From Camelus dromedarius (lineage: Eukaryota): a DNA stretch of 64,000 nt. This document shows, one piece after another, positions 40,049 to 52,853 of this stretch (position 1 is the stretch's first letter; each line of letters begins with the position of its first letter). The notes under the pieces were generated by a model. That model ran no database searches. It had not been told where the DNA came from and worked only from the letters and a program-made list of their open reading frames with translations. A program made the translations under genes and the position numbers. The stretch spans positions 79,176,001 to 79,240,000 of the forward strand of contig NC_087436.1 in the NCBI RefSeq assembly GCF_036321535.1, written 5' to 3'.

Positions 40049-42889
40049 TTTTAAGGCAAAGGTCAAAAGGGCACGACAGCCTGTGAAAACAAAACCAAAA
40101 AGTCTTAAACCCCTAACTGTACCGGTTGGATACAATGTAGAGAGCCATTCAGAAGACATATTCCCCTAACTTAGCACATTATTTTCTAGACTATTGTTGA
40201 TATTTGAGAATTAAAAGTGTAAAGGAAAGGAAATGAGGGTTCCTTTCTCAGGTTGTTTGGTTTCTCTGTTTTTCACTCCTTTCACTAATCTCTCTTTTCA
40301 TCAGCAAAGTGTTTTTTTTTTTTTCTGTTTTCAAGACAACTATCCTGAACAATGTCTGTTTTGCATTTGAAGTGTCTCTAGTGAATAGTAAGTATAATCA
40401 ACTCTTACAAAGCTATTCCACAGACATTACATCAGTTGCTCTTTAAGAGCTCTCTGTGGGATAGCTTTCTTTACTTCTCCATAAAACTGTTGTTATTAAA
40501 ATAGATGCTTCTAGCTAATGTCAGCATTCATTGCTTAATTATCAGTGGTATCCTGAGAACTAAAGTTTTAATACAAGACCTAGGTTACTTTAAAAACATT
40601 AATCTCCTTTTGTGAAGGTGTCAGGTCAGGATCTGAAAAAAGAGGCTTCAAGGTCCCATTAAAAAACCTAGTTGTGGCAAAACCACTAGGAAACAGTGTC
40701 CATGAAAGGGGTGCCAATACTTTTCATATTTCATTTGGTCATCAAGTTATAGCTTGTGAGCTGCTACCCAGCCAGAAGTCTCAAGAGAGAAACTTTGATT
40801 TCATTAATGAGTAATGTTAAAACTCTCTCTTTTACTATTTCAAATCAAACTGTAACGCTGTGCTCTGTAGTCTTGGTCCCTGGTCACTTCTAACACTCCC
40901 CTTGATGGGTTGTGAGACAGACCCCACCTGCATTATCCCTCTACTCTGCTCCCTTCAATTCTCCTCCACTGTGCTCCCAGGGGAGGCCCCCATCAAAGGT
41001 TCTCCCATAATGCTCCCCAGTCCTGACTGTGAACTACGTTCATCCCTGGCACTTGGTTAAAAATACAGAAACTTGATTCTGATTCCGTAGCCGGGGCTGG
41101 ACAATGCGTGTGTACAGTTTTTAAGAGGCGATCCTGATACAGCTGGTTCTGGGGACCACTGTGTTCACGTCATTTCACTCTTTCTCAGTCCTTCCTAATC
41201 AGTGTTCTTAGCTCTTCACTGTGCCCTGCTCTTCCTCCTGGTTGCTTTGTCTCCAGAGGCCCTAGGCCATTATCAGTTGATTCCCACCAACAGCCGAGTC
41301 GCCTCAAAGTGGAAGTTCATAGAACAATAAATGCCAAGGCACTTTGAACTGCTTTAGAAAGGTACCTCTAATATGTATTACCAAGAATTTGCTTTATGAC
41401 ACAAAGGGAAAACCGCCTGAGACTGAGAAGGCTGTATAATTATGGTCAAATCACACCTGGAATCATGTTTGAAACTGCAAGGTGTAGATAAATATTTAAC
41501 TAGAATCAGAAGTTCTCTCTCTTCTTTATTTCAGAGGGTAATGATATCTTTGCTGATAATGTGGGAAAATATATGGCTACGTGGTGATGCAGACTATTAA
41601 CTGAGAGGTGAAAGTAATAAAGGGCTGACCAGAAAGTCCTACAACAGCGCCAGGCACACAGCAGACACTCAATGAATATTGTTGAAAGAATGAATTAGCA
41701 GAGAAATGCTGGTTAAAAGTCTTGAGAATGGTTTGTATTGCCTTGCCTAATCAAGTGAATTCAAATTTGTGCAGGGTAAGACATAAACTTTTTAGTTTGT
41801 GTATAGAAGTGTTTTGTTTCTTGTTATAATGAAGTCTTATTAATTAAAATATTCTAAGTAGCAGTTGTTTCCCCCGGTTTGTCTATAGCCATTCCATCTT
41901 AGAAAACCACTGTCGTTTTGTTAGATAACTTTTGTGATATTACTTATTTAAATACAAGAGAAAACTTGCTTCTAATTGGTGAATTTTCCTTTTATTTTTC
42001 AAACTTTAATGTGGGTAAGAATCACTTGAGGGGGTTTTAAAAATGACACATCTCTAGAAATTTGGATTTAATTTAATAAGTCTGGATAGGGATTAAGGAA
42101 TCTGTATGTTTAATAAGTACCCAAGTGCTTCTTAAGGGAGATGAATTGATTTAAAAAAAAAAAACAAACAACCAAGAATGGTAAAGGGGACCACAAGTAT
42201 TATTGCCTAATCTGACTGCTTTTAAATCTAAATCATATTTGTTTGACTCCTTTCTCAGACACTGACTCCTCTGAGAACCAAACCAAAGAGGGGAGGACAA
42301 GAAGAGAAAAGCATACTTCATTCAAAATCTTTTTATTCAGCGAGCCTGGCTTTATTTTAATATTGGGTGTAGTTACAGAGCTAGAGAGGGTATAACAGAA
42401 TTTTTGAATAAGTAAGAGAAGCTAAAGAAGAGAACTCATTAGGTGGTAATCTCCAGTAGTGAAATAAAAGACCTAAAACTGCAGACACTTGCATAGCTCC
42501 AGAAGGACAAGTGTAACTCGCAAAGAAAGTGGTGGTATTTAATCTCAATCAAAACAAGTCTGTACCGAGAATCTTTTTGGTCCCGTGGGAGGTGGAAAAG
42601 AAGCATCTGACCCAGGGCCCTGAGTTGAAGAAGTCCAAACATATGATTTGGGACTGAGTGTTTTGTTTTCTGTTTCCCCTTCTCCCTCCAAAGTAACAGA
42701 AGTAGAATTATCATTCGGTTTTGAAGAATTTGGGGAAGGCTGATTGGAGGGTTTGGGATTCTTGTCTGGGCATAGACAATAGACATTCTAAGCAGTGGAA
42801 ATAACTTGAGGACACAGGGGAAAGAAAGAGTGTGGAATGCATGAGGAAGAGTAAAGACATCAGCTTTTTGGAGCAAGAAGCAGGGTCAG

Positions 42890-43080
42890 AGTGTACGGAT
42901 GGCAATGCATGGCTGGTGTACCTCTAGATCTCCTTCCCACACCTGCAGCAGACATTGCTAGATGATCCCAGAACATTCTCACTTGACATATCTTAGAATC
43001 CTTCGCAAGACAGGGTACAGAATGCTACTACTGTTTGATCAGACTTGGCACATGATATGAACTCAATCTACTATCCAAGA
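42890..43080 (+). mobile_element. Probable MER102-like hAT relic
   Basis: gcagacattgcta..agaatccttc..gatcagacttggca resembles the recalled MER102 consensus. Confidence 0.45.
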
Positions 43081-43268
43081 GATAGTTACAGATAAGAATA
43101 GATTGTACAGGTAATGCGTGGTTAAACTCTGACTGTTATATATCCCTGGCCTCAAGGATGAATTACCCATTACTTTAAAAAATATATACTGGGAAAATCA
43201 GTATAGTTAAAATAAACAGAAAGCTTCTGCTGCTGGGTGTGTGTGCACTTTTAAAGAAAGAAATATGT

Positions 43269-43358
43269 GGGGTAGGGGATAGCTCAGTGGTAGAGTGTAT
43301 GCCTAACACAAGGTCCTGGGTTCAATCCCCAGTACCTCCTTTAAAAAAAAAAAAAAAA
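43269..43358 (+). mobile_element. tRNA-derived SINE (Vic-1-like)
   Basis: atagctcagtggtagag..cctgggttcaatccccagtacctcc plus A tail. Confidence 0.85.
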
Positions 43359-43493
43359 GTACCAATGAAGTTATATTCTTAACAGAAAATTGCTCCTTTA
43401 ATAAAAACAATGCTTAAGGAAAAAAAAATCAGTATAGCCAATCAAAATCGGTCTAGCCAATATATCAAAAAGGAAAACTGGGTGTGGGGGGTC

Positions 43494-43568
43494 GGGGGGG
43501 AAGGATATAGCTCAGTGATAGAGTGCTTAGCATGCACGAGGTCCTGCTTAGTGTACATGGGTTCAACT
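43494..43568 (+). mobile_element. Rearranged/truncated Vic-1-like SINE
   Basis: atatagctcagtgatagagtgcttagcatgcacgaggtcctg..gggttcaa. Confidence 0.7.
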
Positions 43569-44084
43569 TTAAGAATTTGGGGAAAAAAAGAGGAAACTAC
43601 ACTAAAGTTGTTTCCAAGAGACCCCAAAGCTAAAAATTACTCCAGGGCAAAGACTGTATCTTAAACATTCTTCGAGGACTTCATAACTGTACAGCACTGG
43701 ACACATATTTGTTGTGTTGAAGAGTTTAGAGTGAGGATAAAATTTTCTGTATTTGATGTAAAGAAAAATACCAGTGTGTAAGTTTCAAAAATAAGAAGTT
43801 CTGATGTAAATCCTGGAATGGGCGTATGCTGCCATTGCTTTACGTATAAATCACTTCTTTCTTAGTATGTATTATGTAGCTATTAATTCAATTCCTAATC
43901 TAACGCAGGGACTCATGTCACTTGCTTTTAAATCTCTAAATTCCCTTTCTTAAAGTAAAAATGTTAGAAGTATATTTTTAAAACGCACTACAATATATGT
44001 GTGTATGGATGTGTATACGTGTTTATAGATTTTGTACGTCTGTATATCATAAATAGAGCTGCACTGAGTGGCAACAGAGATCAA

Positions 44085-44430
44085 TGGTTCTTAAATTATA
44101 ACGTGCACAGGACTCACCTAAATGCCTGTTGAGAAAGCAGATCCTGACTCGGTAAGTCCAGAGGGAGACTTTTTAACACGCTCGTAGGTGGTGCCAGTGG
44201 TGCTGGTGTCTGGTGCACACCTTGACTAGGCGGGTTCTAGATCACAATTAGGAACTGTGGAGGCAAATGACCCTGGATTCAAATCTATTTTCTACCCTCT
44301 GTGTGTCCTTGGACAAGTAAATTAACTTCTCTGAGCCTCAGTTTTAACATCTTTCAAATGAATGCAATATAACTTTCTTCTTTGGGTTGTTGTATTAATG
44401 TGATGAGACTGTGTCTATTAAACACTGTGT
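44085..44430. mobile_element. MER5-like MITE followed by MIR
   Basis: caatggttcttaaa..gcagatcctgactcggtaagtc; then ccttggacaagtaaattaacttctctgagcctcagttt. Confidence 0.65.
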
Positions 44431-45114
44431 TTCCTATGTGTCAGTGACTTGACAGATGCACCACTGTGTCTGTTTTAAACTAAATGTTGCCAAGTAGCAG
44501 GGCCTATGCCTGATTTAATGGTATGGAGAGGCACCTGGGAGCAGAGCACCCAGAGGCTAATGGCAGTGTGGTGCTAGGAGGACCCATGGGTTAGGAATCC
44601 GAAGGCTTGGATTTTAGTCACTGCTAGTATTTGGGAGGCTCAAATCAGATCATGTATGTGAAGACATTTTGAAAACTGCAAGTCACCATTTACGTGGGAG
44701 AGATGTCTAAGTGCCAGTGAAAGATGACAGACAAGCCTGGTGTGATATGCTGCCAACATGACAATGGCTTTCACTTGTAGAGAGACCTATGCTTTCCATG
44801 TTTGACCTCTAGTTAACATTGATCTCTATTTAATATTCACAGCAGGCCAGAACATTCAGGGAACTAAGGCTGATAAGACTTTTTTCACTGCAGACCAGAA
44901 AATGGAGGCAAAGAAGTTAAGTGCCATGGCCAAGGAGAAATCGTGATCGCTGGGCTACCCTCTTGAATTTCTCAATGGGAAAATGAGGCTTGTCTCAAAG
45001 ACTGAGTGTTGGCCCTGCACCCTTGTCCTAGTCTCTTCAGGGAAAAGACATGGCGAGCACCCCACAGGAAATATTACCAGAACCAGAAGATGAGAAAGTG
45101 GACCAAGCAGCACA

Positions 45115-45345
45115 ATCAAGGGGGTCAGGTCATGGACTCTGGCCCTAGACTCCAGCTCTCCCAGTGATGAGCTCCATGACCTTGGGTGAGTTACTTCACC
45201 TCTCTATGCCTCAGTTTCCTCATCTATGAAATGGGGATACTAACAATACATAGCTTACAAAGTTGTCAGAAGGATTAAGTGCGTTAATATTTGAAAAGCC
45301 CTCAGAGTGGTTCCTGGCAGAGGGTAGATACTTCTTGAATGTTAG
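45115..45345 (+). mobile_element. MIR SINE
   Basis: Core tgaccttgggtgagttacttcacctctctatgcctcagtttcctcatctatgaaatgggga. Confidence 0.85.
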
Positions 45346-45764
45346 TTAAGTAAAAAAGAGTAGTAGTTGGCTCTGTGGGGGAAACATGGTACTACCCCTC
45401 CCCTGTCCCACCTCCTTTAGGTTCCTAGGAATTGTTAGATGTGGTTAGTTCTCCAGCAAGGCTACCGAGAAAAGGGAAAGAAACAGAAAATAAGCCATGT
45501 GTCCCAAGTGACAGAGTGGCAGGGCTGGGATGTGAATTCAGTTCTAGGGAACTCCAAGCCTTTAGTCTTCTTTCCACTGAACTCTACCAATCAGGGACTA
45601 TAATCTTGGCCAGCTGAAACGAGCAAGCCTGGATCAGGAAGGAAAGGTAAGCGTTCTTCTAGGATGTCCTTTCTTAGGTAAATTTTGGGACTACAGGAAG
45701 CTAGATGGTTTGTGACTAACTGCTTTCTTACACGTACATGTGTATGTATGCATATATATATTTT

Positions 45765-45850
45765 TCTCTTTTTTGTTTGATGGAGGTAGCGGGGATTGAA
45801 ACCAGGACCTTGTGTTAGGCATACACTCTACCACTGAGCAATATCCTCCC
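45765..45850 (-). mobile_element. tRNA-derived SINE (Vic-1-like)
   Basis: ggaggtagcggggattgaaaccagg..ctctaccactgagcaatatcctccc, reverse complement of the SINE head. Confidence 0.8.
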
Positions 45851-45927
45851 TTTCTTATGTATGGATTTTTAATATCTTGAAACCAGTCAATAAAAACTTG
45901 CCCTGGAGTTCCACAATGCATGTTTAG

Positions 45928-46110
45928 AGAACTGGTTCTCTCTCAGAGATTACTTCACCTCCCAGGGGACATTTTTAGCTGTCATAATTGGGGGTGCAGA
46001 CCACCTAGAGGGCAGAGGCCAAGGATGTTTCCAAACATCCTGAAAAGCACAAGGCTTTTTAATTTTTTCAGAAAAGAATTTTCAGTCACCAAATGTCCAC
46101 TGTGCTGAGG
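45928..46110. mobile_element. MER20-like hAT MITE
   Basis: ccaggggacattt..gtcataattgggg..agaggccaagga..ccaaatgtccactgtgctgagg. Confidence 0.65.
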
Positions 46111-46499
46111 GGAGAAGCTATGGTGTAGAGACCGTCGACAGCACCACGAAGCCTGAGCTCTGGGAGGGATCCTGCAGGCTGCCCAGAGCCGCTGCCCAGC
46201 AGGTGCCCACGTTGCGCCTGCAACAGGCCCGTCAAGCAGTCCTCGTAAGGGATGAAACTCAACACGTGGCGTCTGAGTTCAAAAACGTTCAAGGTGGGAT
46301 TTCTGGAGTTCAGGAATCATGACCTGACCCCGGTCCCTCCACAGATTTGTTCACATCCTCTTCTGAAACGCCTCTTCTGTGTGGCAGGACCTGGCAGGTG
46401 CCCCCTCCCCTCAGACCTGCCTCTTCTCTCTCTCTCCTGCTTATTGTTCCTGTGTTAACAGCTGAACCTGTATGGTTCTCCTGCTCTTTTCTTCTTCCA

Positions 46500-47170
46500 G
46501 TAAACTTTTAATTGAAGGGCAACATGTATGTGGGTAAAGTAAAGTGCAGAAACTGAAGCACAGTTAGAGAATTTTCACCAAGTGCACAATTCTTGTAATC
46601 ACAGCTTAATTCAAGGTGATAGCGCCCCGAAGCCCTCTTTACCCTCACTGGGAATCTAACCTTCCACCCAAAGGGGACCTCTACCCTGTCTTCTAACACC
46701 AGAGGCTCATTTTGCCTGTGTCTAAGCCTTACATCAATTGAATTATAAACATTATTTATTCCTCTGTTCCTGGCTTCTTTTGCTCAAAATTATGATTGTG
46801 AGAGTCAACCAGGTTGTGTCCAGCAGTAGTTCATTCACCCTCACTGCTGTACAGCATCCCACTATGTAGATACACCACAGTTTATTTATCTGTGCCACCC
46901 CATACTGTCTCCAGTTTGGACTCTCATCAAAAGTATGTACAGTGCTGCTATGAACATTCTTGTGCAGATCTTTAGGTGGACTATATATGTATTTCTGTTA
47001 CGTCTATACTTAGGAGCGGACTGGCTGGGTCCTACAGTTAGTAGATTGTGCCAAACTGTATTCCAAAGCAGTGGGACCAATTTACACTCCCATCAGTAAT
47101 GTATGAGAGTTCCAGTTGCTCCACATCCCAGCCAATACCTGGTATGGCCACTATCTTTCTTTTTACCCAC
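46500..47170 (-). mobile_element. Old L1 (L1MB/ME-like) 3' region
   Basis: ctggcttcttttgctcaa..ataccacagtttatttatc..gctgctatgaacattcttgt..atgagagttccagttgctccacatcc. Confidence 0.8.
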
Positions 47171-47249
47171 AGGTTGCTAAAGAATCTCAGAAGCTGGAGC
47201 CTGGGTTTTAGATTGAGAAGAAACGAAAATTATGGTTAAATGATTAAAT

Positions 47250-47410
47250 AGAGTTGTCACATTTAGGAAAAAAAAATACAGGATATTCAGTTAAATCTGA
47301 AGAAGTATGTCCCAAGCAATATTTGAGACATATTTATACTAAAAGATTCTTTGTTCTTTATTTGAAATTCAAATTTAACTGGGTGTCCTGTGTGTTATCT
47401 GGAGGGTTAG
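47250..47410. mobile_element. MER53-like palindromic MITE
   Basis: aaatacagga..cagttaaat.. / ..aaattcaaatttaactgggtgtcctgt inverted arms with central atgtcccaagcaatatttgagacat. Confidence 0.75.
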
Positions 47411-48290
47411 GGGATTGAGATTGGTATTAGATATAGCAGTGTGGGGGCAGCTATCACTGCTCCTTATGTTCACAGGAACAGGAAGTGGTGGGGCACAGGC
47501 AGAAACAATGGGCTTTCCTAAGTTGTGTGGGAAGCACCTCTGTCCAGACTGTGCCCCAAAGGATCCTAATGGCAACAATGATTTATTATTTGATTTCTAT
47601 CTAAATTCCCATAAGAGCACTTCCTCTGGGAATAAACAATGGTTTATCCATGGATTAAACAATTCATGGGATAAAGGAAGAAAAACTGAAATTTCTTGAG
47701 CAGTTTACGTTACCAGTTTCCATGTTTCGCAATCTATTGCATGCTGTTGGCCTCTAGCCACATAACAATCAGGCTTCCTATTTTGAAATCTGGTACTTGG
47801 AGAAGTTAAGAAGTTAAAAGCCAGGTGAGCTAAAGGCAGAGTCAGAACTCTTCCATTCTACCAAGTAATCGGTCTTATGCAAGGCATTTCACGGACTAGC
47901 CCGGGTCCTGCGTGGCTCTGTTTCTCTCAGCCAGTCTGAACCATCCTGATGGGAGCAGACAAGACCACTGACTCTCCCTCATTTGGTCTTCACAGGGCCC
48001 TTCACTCCCTCTATTTAGACCCCTTCCTTTCTCCTCTACCCACCTCCTGCTGACTTTCAGCTTCCTACCAAATAATTCCATGGGTTATATGTAACTCATT
48101 TTCTGGAACAAGAAAGTAAAATAAAGTCACTCGAGAAGGCCCTGCTTTTTATAACTTCAAGCTTCTCCAGCACCCAACACCCCATGGCAGGCCTGTCTGT
48201 TAGTCTGAGGTCTGAGTTTACGTCTGGAGCAGGTGGACCCCTTTCCCCAGCACCTGTGTGTCTCAAGCAGAATTCTGCAGTCTCTCTGTC

Positions 48291-48788
48291 ACACGAGCCC
48301 AGAAATGCCATCGCAAAATATGCCTCTTTAGGATAGCAGTTACTTTGAGCTGATTATTTTGAGAAACAGCAGACAGGGGAGAAGATCGGAAAACAGAGTA
48401 GAAGTTGCTCTTCAAAGGAAATATATACACATAAAGGAAATTTCTGTTTCTAAGGGTGTCTTCCTCTCCTACCAAGGAAAGAAAGATGACTCCAGATCCC
48501 AAGATACTCATCAATGGAGAAGGCACCTTCCTGCGTAGTAAACCTGACCGCTGTTTACCTGGCCACCTCCCCATAACGTCTCTCTTTCGCCTTTAGCTGA
48601 GGATGGTATTTAAGCCTGAATTCTAAACCACTTCTGAGAGTTACACGTTTCCCTGGATATCTCCCTCCTATGTGAGATAGGCGTGTTAATACACTTCTGT
48701 TTCTTTCCTATTGCTCTCTCTTTTGTTACAGGGGCCCCAGCCAGGGACACAGAGGACTAGAGGGGAAATTATTTTTCCTTCTCTACGA
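48291..48788 (+). mobile_element. ERV1 solo LTR (MER34A-like)
   Basis: caaaatatgcctcttt..tgagctgattattttgagaaac..atcaatggagaaggcac; flanked by short direct repeat tgtc(a). Confidence 0.8.
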
Positions 48789-49493
48789 TGTCATTTCTGA
48801 AATTATAGCCAAAACACTGAAAACTCTCAGTTATTAGGAAGTTAAAAAATGACTCCGCATAATTGAAGGTATGGCGGTTCCCTAACTTAAGCTAAAGAAT
48901 TGCTGCTAACAAAAGGCCGCTGATCACTACCTGGGAGGTGAGAAGAGGGCTACTTGCCCAACCTAGGGAAGTCCCCATGTTAGGCCCATAGCTGAGGAAA
49001 TGGTCCCTTGTTTTTGACAGACTGGGCATGAAGAAAGATTAGTCATTTACCAGCATCTGGCTTCCACCCCACTGAAGCCTTGTCTCCCACTATTGTCTCC
49101 CATGCATTCAGATCCTGCCCTTCCCAGGGAACCTCCTTTCTTGATCTTGTCCACACTCCCCAGCAGGCGTGGCTCTTACTCCTGGGTCTGAGTCTGCATC
49201 TGGAGCCAGTTATCTGGATCTCGTACAGAATTTGGCATTGTCTGCACCCCAACAGGATTCTGCCTAATGTATCCCCAATTATGTCATTTCTGAAATTTTA
49301 GCCTAAACAATGAAAGCTCTCAGTTCGAAAGAAATTAAAAAATGGTTATACCTAATTGCAGGCATGGCATTTTCTAATTGAAGCAAAATAATTTTTATTA
49401 AAAAAAGTCCCTCCAAAACACTTTCCCTCATGTTCAAATGGTGCTCGTGTCTGATAATGCTTCGATTAGGAGTCCTCTTAGGATTATTATTAT

Positions 49494-49626
49494 TTTTTTT
49501 TTTTTGGAGGGGAGAGGTAATTAGGATTAATTAACTAATTGATTGATTAACGGAGGTACTGGGGATTGAACCCAGGACCTCGTGCATGCTGAGCATGAAC
49601 TCTACTACTGAGCTACCTCCTCCCCC
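49494..49626 (-). mobile_element. tRNA-derived SINE (Vic-1-like)
   Basis: Poly-T, ggaggtactggggattgaacccaggacctcgtgcatgct..ctctactactgagcta. Confidence 0.88.
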
Positions 49627-50531
49627 ACTTAATTGTATTTTTGATGGTTCAAGACTGGAAACTCTTCTGACACCAGGAGTCACCATCTTTTCATTGAGAA
49701 AGTAAAGGGAACTTGACTCACTAAAACATTTAATTTGGGGTGAGGCTGGGGGATAAGGAGCACGTGATAAATTGGGTCCTTCCACGACCCCACTGGTATT
49801 TCTACTATCACTAATCTGTCTAGTGACCGAATTCATTAAGCTTCTTCTTTACTTTTATCTCATAATTTGTTCTGTCAGGCATCCACAGTTCTGGGGAAAG
49901 ACTGCCTTTTCACACCCAAACCCTGTAAGCCTGCCCTCGGGAGCTCTTCACAACCTGACCCTCTCAGTCTTCCTAGTCTTTTCGTGACCATCTCCTTCCC
50001 ATATTCAGTCGGGCCAGATTCCTCACCAGGCTGCAGGCTTTCCTTCTATACTGTTCCTGCTGTGAGTTCTTGACTCTGCTTTCCCCATATACATGTCAAC
50101 ATCTCATCCCAAATGCCACCTCTTCCAGGAAGCCACTCCTAATTTTCCAAGTTGGGTTTGCCTCTTGTCGTCTTTTGAAGTTGCTCACCTCTTTGATGGT
50201 GTGGTGGAGAGCCTACTGGACTTGGGAGTAGGGCAGTGGGCTCTAACCACAACCCTGGTACTTGGCAACCTCTGTGCCTTTTCTTGAAATAACGATGATA
50301 ATAATCTTCACTTCCTTTTTTCCAGGGTCATTAAGAAAGCTATAGGAAGCTATACTAACTTCATACATGAGATATGCCCAATTATGTGCATTCGGAGCAC
50401 TTAGGTTCTCCTTTTGGTTTTTGTTTGCTTCTTTGTTTGCAGGCTTTTCTGAGGGCAGTCACTGGGCTTCAGCGATCTTTGTGCCCCCCAAAGACAGTGG
50501 CCTCCACATAGCCTAGAAAATACCAAGTGTT

Positions 50532-51000
50532 TGATGGAGTTCAGAACAAACTACCCCCAAATATGGCACTTTGGCATACTGAATAGCTCAAGCTGAAGGA
50601 GCTTGAGAAAATGGCAGAAGCAAGAAGGCCCCTTCCTTTCCCGTCTTCCCTGAAAGTAAGAGATGAATGTCTCATGTGAAAGGTACCCTCCCTGCATCAG
50701 GAGAAAGGGAGACATTCTTATCATCAGAGATGGAATTTAGGGCCAGAATAAACAAATCTTGTTACTTCCTCACCATTTAGTGCCCCTAGAGCCAAGCCCT
50801 TTGTCTTGTCAATTCTTCACAAATTAATTGTTTCTTTATCTAAAAAGTATAAAAGCTTCCTGCTCTTGTGAATTCTTTGGGTCTTTATTCTTTTATGAAA
50901 ATTTCCATGTACATGTAAAAATTAAAATAAAATTTCCATGCTTTTCTCTTGTCAATTTGTCTTTACCAGTTTAATTTTCAGACCCAGCCAGGGATCCTAC
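50532..51000 (+). mobile_element. ERV1 solo LTR (MER34/MER39 group)
   Basis: Starts tgatggagttcagaac..ccccaaatatggcac; TATAAAA at ~50849 and AATAAA at ~50926. Confidence 0.75.
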
Positions 51001-51029
51001 ATGCTCAATATTTTTATTTATTCATTTAT

Positions 51030-51258
51030 ACCAGTGAGTTTTGATCAGGGGTGATTTTGCCCCCCCACCCCGGGACATCTGGCAATGTCTGGTGACACTC
51101 CGATTGTCATGACTTGGAGTGAGGGGAACAGCTGCTATTGTCATCTAGCATCTGGACGCCGGGATGCCTCCCCTCCCTCTGCTTTCCCCTTCCCACCCCA
51201 CCATTTCCACCAACAAGGAATTATTTGACTCACTAGTGTCAAGGCTGAGAAATTCTGA
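51030..51258. mobile_element. MER20-like hAT MITE
   Basis: ggggtgattttgcccc..gggacatctggcaatgtctgg..tagtgtcaaggctgagaaa. Confidence 0.75.
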
Positions 51259-52829
51259 TTTATACTCTCATTTTGTTTTTAAGAAGGCTTCAGCAGTTTA
51301 CAAATTTACATACATAATAAAATACAAAAATGAAGAAATCAGGCTCAGGGAAAATAAAAGCCTGAAGCAAATTTACTGCTTGCTTTAAGGTTCCTATACA
51401 GTGCTTGACATGAACTGCAAAGTAGACTCTGAGCTTCCTACCAGGCAAAGCAAAGAGGAAACACAAACATTCAGGAGATTAACCATGCCCATAAAATAAA
51501 AACAGGTTGAGATGTAGAGAAATTTCTCAACAAGTGCTTCAAAAAAAAAAATGATAGACGATGTAGAGTGGCCAAGCCTTTATCAGTATCTCTGTGATAA
51601 ACACAACAGTGACTTTCCCGAACCTATTCCCTAATATAGGGTTAAAGCACAGTACTGGGGTGGAACCACTGAAAGGGATCACTGAGAAGCTAAAATGATC
51701 CCATCTAAGTATTTACCTCCCTGATAATCTGGGATGATTCAAGATTAAAAATCAGACTTTTTAGATTGTTCAGTGAAACACATGGATGCATGTTCTTTAA
51801 CAACCCTCCATGAATTGTATTTTCACCAGCTGGGGTTTAATAGGGGTTGGGCAGCTGTGGGGCTGAATCAGAAGACCTTGGCAAGGACCTGAGCTCATAT
51901 TTCTACCTGGGGCTGCTTATCATATGTAGGAATAGGTATGCAGAAGGAAAGGCATATAAGGCAATGCATTGTTATAAAAATTAAAGGATACAACCAGGAC
52001 ACAGGCCTGAATGGAAGGCCACCCTGGTGTAGCATGGAGGTGAGTTGATGGCCGTCCTGATTCAAGATGGAGGTACGGCAAAGGCGTACCTGCGGCAAAG
52101 TCTGTGTTTTTCTCAGAAACCCATTCTGGGACTGCTTTAGTGAGTGGCCAGTGGGGAAGTTTAGAAAGGAGAATCAGCGAGCACAGGCTACAACTGATAT
52201 TTAAACGATCCATTTAAAACAAACCATGGTGTTTTGTTAAGCAGCCCACCTTGTGCGTGCACTAATAAATCACATGTGCCTATATGACTGATCGAAGTCC
52301 CAACGTTTTACACCAGAGAACTTGGAAAACTTTTATGTCAGATGTTACCAAAACCCACCCAATAAAAGAAAGTGACAATAAAAGAAAGCAGTAAAACACG
52401 CATGCAATCTAATTTTAAGTAATGTAACTTCCTGGTCAATGCTATAGAGGTTAAAAAAAATTGCAATATGGAATCTTAATATGTAATGAGTTGACTTTTT
52501 AAAAATACCAACCACTTGACTCTATTTTGATTCTGACTCATTGGTCGGGGTAAATAAAGGGGGTTAGTGGCCTTGGAATTGAGATTTTTAATGCTTCCCA
52601 GGTGATTTCATGGTGCAGGGAAGGTTGAGAATCACTGTATTAAAGGAAGTCTATCCAAAATGATGACTTGAGTATTGAAGTAGTGGAGTTTAAGTCTCTT
52701 ACACAAAAATAAAACACACATTTCCCTTCTAACTTCATATTTCCCCTACCACTTAGTTTTTACCCCTAACATGTGTAATTTAAAAAATTTAGCTCAAATA
52801 ACATGATCAAAGAAGACCAGTCTAAAAAT

Positions 52830-52853
52830 CACACACACACACACACACACACA
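52830..52853. repeat. (CA)n microsatellite, about 12 units
   Basis: Directly visible. Confidence 0.95.

Noticed and set aside
39866..40159. 97-aa single-exon ORF spanning the first PLAC8 exon
   Set aside because: It reads through acceptor and donor into intron; only 40048-39952 is coding.
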